Source: Candidatus Dojkabacteria bacterium
GTDB lineage: Bacteria; Patescibacteriota; Dojkabacteria; GCA-002793355
Length of the DNA stretch: 64,000 bases
Assembly (NCBI GenBank): GCA_030583825.1
Contig: CP129477.1
Coordinates: 382,308-446,307, forward strand
Direction of reading: 5' to 3'
This document shows, in pieces, positions 19,485-27,618 of this stretch. The position numbers were made by a program, and so were the translations under genes. Each line of letters begins with the position of its first letter. Position 1 is the stretch's first letter. The notes beneath the pieces are model-generated. The model had not been told where the DNA came from. It made no database searches and saw nothing but the letters and a program-made list of their open reading frames with translations.

Positions 19485-20936
19485 ATGAGTCAAAATGAAT
19501 TAACAGAATTAGTCGATGAGCTCAGAACACTTCCTACAGAAGTGGAATGGGTTGAGTTTAAAGTAAACAATGAAAACCCAGACGAAATAGGAGAATATAT
19601 TTCCGCTTTAGCAAATTCCTCGTGTATTTTAGACAAGCCCTATGGATATTTGGTATTTGGAATTGAAAATGAAACTCATGCTGTTATTGGAACATTATTT
19701 GACCCTAGAGCAAGAAAGGTTAACGGGCAGGAAATTGAAAGTTGGCTTCTAACATTTTTAGATCCACATACTGACTTGGAAATTATTCCAGGTTTATATA
19801 AGGGTAAAAAAGTAGTTGTTATTAAAATTAGTGCAGCGTTAAATATCCCCATCAAATTTAAAGGAGAAGACTACATTAGGGTAGGTTCATATAAGAAACG
19901 ATTAAAAGATTTTCCAGAAAAGGCAAGAAAGATTTGGATGAAAGATGGAAAAGCATTTGAAGATTTAATCGCAATTGAAGGAGTGGATCGAGCAACGCTA
20001 CTAGAACTTATTGATATGGACTCATATTTCAGGCTAATGAAAATTAATGTTCCTGAGAGTAATGATTATAAGATTGAACAGTTCATCCTAAAAAAACTCA
20101 TCTATAAAAACGAAAATTCTTATAGTATTACAAATCTATGCGCATTACTCCTTGCAAAAGATATAACTGGGTTTACAAAACTAAGCAGAAAAGCCGTAAG
20201 AGTTATCATTTATGAAGGAAAAGACAAGGCAAAAACTATTCGTGAACAAGTCGGGAAAAAAGGATTTGCGGCAGGGTTTGAAGGTCTAATTGACTTCATA
20301 AATAACCAGCTGCCTTCAAATGAGGAAATAGAAAAAGCCTTTAGAAAAGAAGTAAGGATGTATCCCGAAATCGCAATTAGAGAAATTGTTGCAAATGCTC
20401 TCATCCACCAAGACTTAACAATTACTGGAACCAGTCCGATGATTGAAATCTATGAAGATAGAATAGAAATTAGTAATCCTGGATCTCCATTAATTGACAC
20501 GCTAAGATTTATTGATTCACCTCCAATATCAAGAAATGAAAAGCTAGCTTCTATGATGAAAAGAATGTATATCTGTGAAGAAAGAGGAAGCGGCATAGAT
20601 AAAGCCATAAAAGCCGCAGAAGAGTACCAATTACCGGCACCATTATTTCGAAAAGATGATAATTTTACACGAGTAGTTTTATTTGCGCCAAGAAGTCTTA
20701 GGCAAATGGATTCAAAGGATAAGATTCGTGCTTGCTATCAACATTGTTGCTTGCAACATATAGTTAATGGATTTATGACAAACACAAGCTTGCGTGAGAG
20801 ATTTGGTATCAAAGATGAAAACTACTCTACTATTTCACGAGTTATTAAAGAAACTCTCGAAGAAGGGTTAATCAAGGATTATGATCCCCAGAATAAATCC
20901 AGGAAAAATTCTAGATATATTCCTTACTATGTTTAA
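19485..20936 (+). CDS. AlbA_2 (Schlafen-like) plus HATPase_c_4 protein, COG2865-type putative ATP-dependent DNA-binding regulator.
   Basis: The N-terminal EVEWVEFKVNNENP...IGEYISALANS...GYLVFGIEN matches the AlbA_2/Schlafen core. The C-terminal REIVANALIHQDL...GSPMIEIYEDRIEISNPG matches the RecG-C-terminal-like HATPase_c_4 domain. Confidence 0.7.
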   Translation: MSQNELTELVDELRTLPTEVEWVEFKVNNENPDEIGEYISALANSSCILDKPYGYLVFGIENETHAVIGTLFDPRARKVNGQEIESWLLTFLDPHTDLEIIPGLYKGKKVVVIKISAALNIPIKFKGEDYIRVGSYKKRLKDFPEKARKIWMKDGKAFEDLIAIEGVDRATLLELIDMDSYFRLMKINVPESNDYKIEQFILKKLIYKNENSYSITNLCALLLAKDITGFTKLSRKAVRVIIYEGKDKAKTIREQVGKKGFAAGFEGLIDFINNQLPSNEEIEKAFRKEVRMYPEIAIREIVANALIHQDLTITGTSPMIEIYEDRIEISNPGSPLIDTLRFIDSPPISRNEKLASMMKRMYICEERGSGIDKAIKAAEEYQLPAPLFRKDDNFTRVVLFAPRSLRQMDSKDKIRACYQHCCLQHIVNGFMTNTSLRERFGIKDENYSTISRVIKETLEEGLIKDYDPQNKSRKNSRYIPYYV

Positions 20937-21022
20937 TTCTTATGTGATCGAAAAAAAAAGATCTTACAAAAATTGCATAATACCTACCAATATAAGGCAA
21001 TATTCTTATGTGATCGAAAAAA

Positions 21023-21036
21023 ATCCCCGCAGGGAT
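21023..21036 (-). terminator. Weak hairpin plus T-run, a candidate rho-independent terminator on the minus strand.
   Basis: Minus-strand ATCCC-TGCG-GGGAT stem-loop followed by TTTTTTT. Only a 5-bp stem, so low stability. Located about 370 nt past the tmRNA 3' end. Confidence 0.2.
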
Positions 21037-21403
21037 CATTAGGTTACATATTTACTAAAAATTAACGATTTCGGGGAACCCCGCCTCCGGCTCTTTCGCT
21101 TTGCTCAAGCCGCACTATGCAATTTACTCGCCTATTCAAATAAGAAATGGAAATTGCAGTGCATCTTCCCTACCCAACACCAAATAATTTCCACACACCA
21201 CAACAATCAATAAATATAACACGAAGGATAATTGTAGTGTATGAAAATTACTGGTGGAGCTGAGGGCGACGCGCATATGCGCTAGGTCGAGCAAAAAGAT
21301 AACCAGCGTTATGTTTTTGCGTAGACTTCGTCGAAGACGACAGTGTGCTATTTATACCCAAATCATTAAAAATGACTAACACATGTGGGTGTAAATAAAA
21401 CAC

Positions 21404-21831
21404 TGGTGGAGCTGAGGGGAATCGCACCCCTGTCTATTTGATCTGAAAAAGAAGCATCTCCCAGGACAGACCTGTTAGTAGGTTTCGGCGTTGTCTTTAA
21501 CAGGACGAAAAAACTCAGCCTATCCGCTGTTAGTACGGAACACTATGCCGCAGAGCGCACAGTATTACGACATGAACCTTCTTACTCCCTCGCGACCGCT
21601 AGTCATGTACAGGAGGATCGTGAAGTATTGCCGGTAATTAGGCAATCGCGTAGTTTAATGCAACGCTAGCACCTGCATTCATTGCGTTAGCAACGTTTGC
21701 GAAGATACCGTTGATTGCATTAGCAACACGGTTAAAAGTTTTGTTTGCACTTTTGTGCTTTTGTCGTTTAACGAGAGACACTCGCCTGGCTTCTTCTTTT
21801 AATGAGCAAATATCTAAAGCTTGTCAGCCCC
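21404..21831 (-). ncRNA. ssrA: tmRNA (transfer-messenger RNA).
   Basis: The reverse complement reads 5'-GGGGCUGACAAGCUUUAG ... GACAGGGGUGCGAUUCCCCUCAGCUCCACCA-3'. It has a 7-bp acceptor stem with the G3:U70 wobble (alanine identity element), a T-arm (AGGGG/UGCGAUU/CCCCU), discriminator A and an encoded CCA. An internal tag reading frame ends ...GASVALNYAIA-UAA (plus coordinates ~21638-21700), resembling the canonical ...YALAA degron. The region has no protein ORF of 60 aa or more. Confidence 0.8.
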
Positions 21832-21866
21832 GATAAGTAGTTCTGAAATATATCAGAATGTTTGTA

Positions 21867-21895
21867 ATTATAACATTTTTATGAAGATTTTTCAA
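21867..21895 (-). promoter_or_regulatory. Sigma70-like promoter for ssrA: TTGAAA, 17-nt spacer, extended -10 TGTTATAAT.
   Basis: Reverse complement of 21867-21895 is TTGAAAaatcttcataaaaatgtTATAAT. It lies about 35 nt upstream of the mature tmRNA 5' end, consistent with an RNase P-processed leader. Confidence 0.55.
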
Positions 21896-21930
21896 CTCGC
21901 GATACGAAAGAAATACCGACGGAAGCGTAC

Positions 21931-22341
21931 TTAATTGTGCATCATGCTGTATTTTGTTCCTGCAAGCACCTGCCGCACTTTTTCTACAACTTCGCCCGGA
22001 TCAGAATTGCTCTTTATCATATACCCGATTGCACCCGCTTCGAGGGCTTTTTCAATATAGGTTTGGTCTGATAAATTGGTAAGCATCACAACAGGAATAT
22101 CTTTTGTTTCAGGCTCTGCCTTCAATTCAGAAAGGACGGTCATTCCATCTTTTATCGGCATCATAATGTCTAAAAGAATAATCGTTGGCTTTACGAGTTT
22201 TGCCTTTGTAACTCCCTGAACTCCATTGAGCGCTGTTTCACATTCATAACCAGCTTTTGTTAGTTTCATCTCGTACATCTGGCATAACATTTCATCGTCT
22301 TCGACTACGAGAACAAGGGGTTTTTGTGTTTCCTCAGGCAT
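21931..22341 (-). CDS. Stand-alone CheY-like response regulator receiver domain.
   Basis: VLVVEDDE acidic pocket, phospho-acceptor Asp in IILLDIMMP, conserved T in VVMLT and K in YMIKS. 136 aa with no output domain. Confidence 0.8.
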   Translation of the reverse strand: MPEETQKPLVLVVEDDEMLCQMYEMKLTKAGYECETALNGVQGVTKAKLVKPTIILLDIMMPIKDGMTVLSELKAEPETKDIPVVMLTNLSDQTYIEKALEAGAIGYMIKSNSDPGEVVEKVRQVLAGTKYSMMHN

Positions 22342-22476
22342 GCGACAACATAAAAATTACTTACAGAGATATTACCACGATGACGCGACATGTTAAAGAG
22401 AATCCTTTCCACTATTTAAGTCAAATTGCCGGAGATACATACAAAAACTGAGTATTCTCTTTGCGAAAATAAACGA

Positions 22477-25017
22477 CTAATTGGGCCACCACATATTAAA
22501 GACCTTTTTTAGTGTCCCAATACGAGAATCTGCCCATATTTTCACTCTTTGCAATGCGACCAAAGAGGCTTCCCCATCATGCGATTCAAGATTATGCCTA
22601 AAAATTGCCCTGTTATAGGCCTGACATGCATACAATAATGATTGTTTAGTCTCTTCGTCCATAGAATGGCTCGCAATCACGCGAGAATAGTAGTGAAGTG
22701 CCGTTTCCCCTTGCTGTAGCGTTAATTTTCTGTCCATTTTCCTTAATGTTCGTTCGATAAGGATAAATGTGGCTATAATTGTTTCCCGTTCGTTACGAGT
22801 GCCAAATCGGCCCTCTAAGCCCCATTCTACAAGCATGTTTATTAGGGTTGGGAGCCCGAAAATCATTGCAACAATAAGCAGAATATAAAATGGTAACATA
22901 AACTTTAATACTCGCGTCCAGACGGCCAATACCCACATAATCAGATCTGTGAGCTTCGTAAGCCATTCTGGTTCTTGGAATGGAGGATTTTCCGGCTGCT
23001 GCGGAGTTGTTACCTCATTATTGTCAAATTTATTCTTCATCTCTTCTGCGATTTTTTGCTGTTCTTCAAGCTGTTTTTTGACCTCTTCGGTAAGCGCTTT
23101 CTCTTTTTCTTCCTGCTTTTGCTGTTCCTGTTCTTCTCTTTCGTCAGAAGTACCGGTCGGATCGAATGTTACCCATCCATAGTTATTGAAAAATACTTCA
23201 ACCCAAGCATGCGCCTCTCCTCCAGTGACAATATATGCCTGTAATTCGTCAGAATATGTTCCTTCGGCAAAACCTCCTACAACACGTGCAGGAATACCTA
23301 CAGATCGAAGCATTGCAACCATTGCGGAAGCATAATAGGTACAATATCCACGCTTATTTTCGAATAAAAAGTAGGTCAGGCGATCGTACCCGGCAGTTTC
23401 TTCGCGCAAGTTTGGAGGGCTTCCAGGCTCAAGAGTGTATTCATAGTTATTTTTAAGGTAATTATTTACATAAAGCGCGATGTCAAAACGGTTTGTTCGC
23501 GCTCCAATAACGCTCTGGGTAAATTCGCGTATTCTGGAATCATCAAATCTTCCGTATTTTTCTTCAATAACTTTCCATTCTTCCTGACGGCGCAAGTCAT
23601 AAGAAGAGGTTCCCACTCGGCTATAGTTCTGGCGAATTTCTCTAATATCTGCTGGATTGTTCAAGTTTAAACGAGATACATCACTCACAACTTCGTACGA
23701 TTCTCCTCGACGCCATGGAGCGTTTCTTTCAGTCAGAATGCTTTGGTTTTTAGTGGTAAATAAAGTCCGATTTTGCCCCACAAGTAAACGGATTCGCGTA
23801 GGAGCAAGGTGGGCAATAAGCCACGGTGTTTCTAAATCGTGAAAGGTATATAACTGAGTTAGTGTCTTTGACCGTTGAATATAATAGCTATTATCAAAGT
23901 AATCAAACCATTTACTGTCCAGAGTGAACTCTTCAGGGTTCGTATCATATTCGATAACATTGAAGAAACCCTGCTTTTTGTTAAATTCAGAGAGATGCTC
24001 CATTTTCCAATAGAATCTCTCACCGTTAGGAGCTTTTGCCACAATTTCGTTTCCACCATACGTATCCATGACCTTTACGGTGAAAAGTATATTTCCTTGT
24101 CCAGCACCGCCGTTATTTAGCTTGTCTTGTAACTCACTGTTTGGATCCATTTTTACGGTTTCTGAGCCATCGGGATTCTGCTGAACATCCATATTCCCAG
24201 CAGATCCATCGTTTGCGTTATCAGGACGCTGCTCTTCTGTGGTCTTTTCTCCATTTGCTTGTCCACTTTCCTGAGTTTGTTCCCACAACACTTTCCACAC
24301 TGCCGGAGATGCAGCATTCGTTATAAATACAGCAATTATTAACACTGCAATTAACGGAATTATCGTACGCAGAGGCAAGCCGATAACTTTTGAAGGAAGT
24401 CTTTTCCATCGCGCAAGTGCTTGAGTATTGTCTATGATAAGTAAGAGTGAAGAAACAAAAAAGAATAATCCGGTGATAATTAAATAGTCAGGGCGAAGAA
24501 GTGACAAAAACTTCGAAGGATCGGAGGTATCTATTCGAACGGCAGTTGCAATCAGAACAGTTGAGAGATAAAGAATTGAGAGCCATCCAACCGCAACAAA
24601 TGGTGCGCGAAAGCGGAAATATGCCCACATAGCCGGCCCGAAGAAGACAATAGCATAGTACACACCGATCACAAGACCCAAGAATATTGGCCCGAGTGCT
24701 GAAAAAAATCCCGCACTGTATACAACAAAATATAAAAATAGAAAGGACGCAATTCCTAATGGAATCAGCACTGTTGTCGTACGTAAACGTGTAAGAGAAA
24801 GCGCTAAAATCGCAAAATTAAGCACAAAACAAACAAGGATCATAATGCCGACTGCAACAGCTCCTTGTATCATGTCAAAACCATTTGTAAATCGTACACC
24901 TGACTCAGCAAAAACTACGTAGATAATTGATAGTCCATGAATAAGAACAAGAACCTGAAAGAGAATGAAGGCAAACAGGATCGCCTTATTTTTGAACATT
25001 GACAAAAATTTATTCAT
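22477..25017 (-). CDS. Membrane transglutaminase-like protein (TgpA-like; DUF3488, TGase core, DUF4129-type).
   Basis: About 8 N-terminal TM helices. Transglutaminase Cys-His-Asp core: GYCTYYASAMVAMLRSVGIPARVV (Cys), GGEAHAWVEVF (His), VTFDPTG (Asp). K/E-rich coiled coil and a C-terminal TM follow. Confidence 0.8.
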   Translation of the reverse strand: MNKFLSMFKNKAILFAFILFQVLVLIHGLSIIYVVFAESGVRFTNGFDMIQGAVAVGIMILVCFVLNFAILALSLTRLRTTTVLIPLGIASFLFLYFVVYSAGFFSALGPIFLGLVIGVYYAIVFFGPAMWAYFRFRAPFVAVGWLSILYLSTVLIATAVRIDTSDPSKFLSLLRPDYLIITGLFFFVSSLLLIIDNTQALARWKRLPSKVIGLPLRTIIPLIAVLIIAVFITNAASPAVWKVLWEQTQESGQANGEKTTEEQRPDNANDGSAGNMDVQQNPDGSETVKMDPNSELQDKLNNGGAGQGNILFTVKVMDTYGGNEIVAKAPNGERFYWKMEHLSEFNKKQGFFNVIEYDTNPEEFTLDSKWFDYFDNSYYIQRSKTLTQLYTFHDLETPWLIAHLAPTRIRLLVGQNRTLFTTKNQSILTERNAPWRRGESYEVVSDVSRLNLNNPADIREIRQNYSRVGTSSYDLRRQEEWKVIEEKYGRFDDSRIREFTQSVIGARTNRFDIALYVNNYLKNNYEYTLEPGSPPNLREETAGYDRLTYFLFENKRGYCTYYASAMVAMLRSVGIPARVVGGFAEGTYSDELQAYIVTGGEAHAWVEVFFNNYGWVTFDPTGTSDEREEQEQQKQEEKEKALTEEVKKQLEEQQKIAEEMKNKFDNNEVTTPQQPENPPFQEPEWLTKLTDLIMWVLAVWTRVLKFMLPFYILLIVAMIFGLPTLINMLVEWGLEGRFGTRNERETIIATFILIERTLRKMDRKLTLQQGETALHYYSRVIASHSMDEETKQSLLYACQAYNRAIFRHNLESHDGEASLVALQRVKIWADSRIGTLKKVFNMWWPN

Positions 25018-25034
25018 ACCTCTCCACTGTCTGT

Positions 25035-26636
25035 TTATTCATTTTCCAGTAAATCAATTATATTGTCTGCATCGCTGGTTGCGTACTCTGGCTGCTGCAG
25101 TACTTTTACTTGCAACCCAGTTGCCTGGAGCATTCTTGCAGCTTTTTTCTCTTCTTCTTCAACAGCGGCAATATCTTCTTTTTTATATTTCTCTTGAAAT
25201 GTCAGTAATAATTTCTCGATCTTTTCGCCAAGTGTCGTTTGTGAAAAATACGGTTTCGTAAGCAGAAGCCTTTTAATTATACCCATAAAACGAGATTCTT
25301 TGGATGGCGTTACGAGCGCAAACCGATCAATAAACTCACTATAAGGGCAATAGTAAATGATCGAGTCAAGACCTTCCTTCGTCAAAGTACTTCCCAACTG
25401 CGTAATTGAAGAAGAATCTGTTTCAGACAAGGTCATTAAAATGGCTTTTTCGTTTGCAGCAAGCTTTTCCAATGCCTCTGTATCGGGACGGTCGTAAGTA
25501 TACGAAACTGCAGCGAGCCTGTATTTCCATTCATGCGGGTCATGAGCTTGAGGAGTAAATGAAACCATCTTTGACCTTTCGTGATAATGTATGGTAACAG
25601 GAATCCCTGTGCGTAGCGCATAGTCAATGATTGCTCCTGCTATTCTTACTTGATTGTCTAATGCGAGTTCTGCAGGCGTTTTAAACCGTGTTGTTGCATA
25701 GGATCCTTTGCCAATTGTCACTTTAGGCATGACATTCCAGATCACAATATTCATGGTATGAAACGATACGGATGTGACTTCAGCCTGACGGATAACAAGG
25801 TTACCCGTTTTTGCGGTAAGTTTCCAATGTAAACGTCGCACATCATCTCCGCGAACATATGGTCTTGTTGCATAATAATCTTCGGTATTTACTAGCGCAA
25901 CAATTTGTTGGTCTTCATCTCCTTTTGACCTCGAAAGCGTTAATGAATATCGTGTAATTTGTGGAATTTCAGGAAGAATCGTAAGCTCAACACGGGAACT
26001 GTCGGTAATGTTTATTCGACTCAGTCCAAACATGTCCTGATAAGACAAATGCACTGGCCCAAGCGTATACACCCCTCGACGAGTATGAGGAATTGTTGTT
26101 TCAAATACTGCTGTACCGTTCTCTGTTTTTGTTGCAACTCCTCGAAGATCTCCTCCAAGCTTTGCAGGCATCTTTTCAGTAATCTTAAGCACATACCCTG
26201 GTGGAATCATGCTTTTAACGGCAACTTTTATTGTTCCTGCGCTGTTTTCTACAAGCTCAATTTTTGAAATAGACGATTCTACAAATGATTGCTTCCCAAA
26301 TATTCCAATCTTTAAATGAATAAATATTTTCGCAATGAGAGCAATAAGTAAAAAGATAACAACAAGCGTGATTGTAAAAATTGCAATAGACGCAAACAAC
26401 GAAAATTCGATACTAATAAGCGCAATGGACATAAAAATAGACGCGCCAACAATTGCTGCAATGCTTCGCGCAGTAATAATGCTCACCCAGCCACTATATG
26501 CAGAAACATAATCCGAAACAGCAAATTTTCCACGACGAATAACGAGTGTAATAAACAAGCCTGCAAAAAAGAGAACAAAAAGTATAGGAATACTGCAACA
26601 GCATAACAAAAATGTTGTTGACACGATATCAGCCAT
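25035..26636 (-). CDS. DUF58-domain membrane protein (vWA-like), partner of the MoxR ATPase.
   Basis: N-terminal TM helices, then the DUF58 signature YVRGDDVRRLHWKLTAKTGNLVIRQAE. Starts 1 nt after the MoxR gene. Confidence 0.75.
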   Translation of the reverse strand: MADIVSTTFLLCCCSIPILFVLFFAGLFITLVIRRGKFAVSDYVSAYSGWVSIITARSIAAIVGASIFMSIALISIEFSLFASIAIFTITLVVIFLLIALIAKIFIHLKIGIFGKQSFVESSISKIELVENSAGTIKVAVKSMIPPGYVLKITEKMPAKLGGDLRGVATKTENGTAVFETTIPHTRRGVYTLGPVHLSYQDMFGLSRINITDSSRVELTILPEIPQITRYSLTLSRSKGDEDQQIVALVNTEDYYATRPYVRGDDVRRLHWKLTAKTGNLVIRQAEVTSVSFHTMNIVIWNVMPKVTIGKGSYATTRFKTPAELALDNQVRIAGAIIDYALRTGIPVTIHYHERSKMVSFTPQAHDPHEWKYRLAAVSYTYDRPDTEALEKLAANEKAILMTLSETDSSSITQLGSTLTKEGLDSIIYYCPYSEFIDRFALVTPSKESRFMGIIKRLLLTKPYFSQTTLGEKIEKLLLTFQEKYKKEDIAAVEEEEKKAARMLQATGLQVKVLQQPEYATSDADNIIDLLENE

Positions 26637-26637
26637 A

Positions 26638-27594
26638 TTATGACAATGCTACTTTCTGAAGGATTTCTTCAATAACTGCTTCTCCTACTTTACCTCGTGA
26701 ACTGATTCTATGTGCAAATACCTGGCGGATCACTCTTTGAACATCGTCAGGAATAACGTAATCTCTCCCGTAGAGCACTGCACAGGCACGAGCTGCTTTT
26801 TTCAACATTAATGCTGCACGAGTACTAACTCCTGCTCCGCCTTGCTCTCGAGTTGCACGTGCTAAGTCAACGATATATTCATCAATAAGCGGTGAAGTAT
26901 AAATTGAGCTCGCAGTATTTTGCCACTCTAAAATTTGTGCTTCTGAAATGATTGCCTGCACGGATTCTAATGGTGCAGTCGTGCCAGTATGAACACCAAG
27001 AATTTCCAGCTCTGTTTCTTTCTCTGGGTATCCAATGCTTAATCTCATCATAAAACGATCAAGCTGTGCGGTAGGCAATGGATATGTTCCCGCATGCTCA
27101 ATTGGATTTTGTGTTGCAATCACAAAGAAAAACTTTGGCAACATGTACTGTACATTATCAATTGTGACCTGTCTTTCTTCCATTGCTTCAAGCAACGCTG
27201 ACTGCGTTTTCGGACTTGCACGGTTGATTTCGTCTGCAAGCAAGATATTTGTAAAGACCGGCCCTTGTTGGAATTCAAACTCTCTTTCTTTCGGGTTGAA
27301 AATATTCACACCGGTGATATCTGTTGGAAGCAAGTCCGGTGTAAACTGAATTCTTTTATATGTTGAAGCAATAGTTTTCGCTATCGTTTTGGCAAGCATA
27401 GTTTTTCCTACACCTGGAACATCAAGTAAAAGCACGTGGCCGTTTGCACAAATAGACATAACGACTTCTTCAATAACATTTCTTTTTCCTTTAATAACTT
27501 TTTCTACATTTGTGATCATTGCCCCCATTTCGGCATTGACGCGTTGAACATGCTGTTTAATTTCAACAGCTGGGTTAGGATTTTGAAAGTCCAT
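26638..27594 (-). CDS. MoxR-family AAA+ ATPase (AAA_3).
   Basis: Walker A LLDVPGVGKTMLAKT, Walker B/sensor region LLADEINRASPKTQSALLEAMEERQVTI, 318 aa. Canonical MoxR-DUF58-TGase gene order. Confidence 0.9.
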   Translation of the reverse strand: MDFQNPNPAVEIKQHVQRVNAEMGAMITNVEKVIKGKRNVIEEVVMSICANGHVLLLDVPGVGKTMLAKTIAKTIASTYKRIQFTPDLLPTDITGVNIFNPKEREFEFQQGPVFTNILLADEINRASPKTQSALLEAMEERQVTIDNVQYMLPKFFFVIATQNPIEHAGTYPLPTAQLDRFMMRLSIGYPEKETELEILGVHTGTTAPLESVQAIISEAQILEWQNTASSIYTSPLIDEYIVDLARATREQGGAGVSTRAALMLKKAARACAVLYGRDYVIPDDVQRVIRQVFAHRISSRGKVGEAVIEEILQKVALS

Positions 27595-27618
27595 GTGTTG
27601 GGAATTGATATTATTTGT

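Noticed and set aside
21250-21300. Possibility that the first copy of TGGTGGAGCTGAGGG marks a second tRNA or tmRNA 3' end.
   Set aside because: The downstream sequence (GCGCATATGCGC palindrome) lacks a T-arm or any tRNA-like acceptor partner. It is interpreted as an att-like duplicate only.
20937-21930. Canonical tRNA genes or a CRISPR array in the ORF-free region.
   Set aside because: No GGTTCGAATCC or GGATTCGAACC T-arm motif apart from the tmRNA. The only repeats are one 22-nt pair and one 17-nt pair, with no regular repeat-spacer periodicity.
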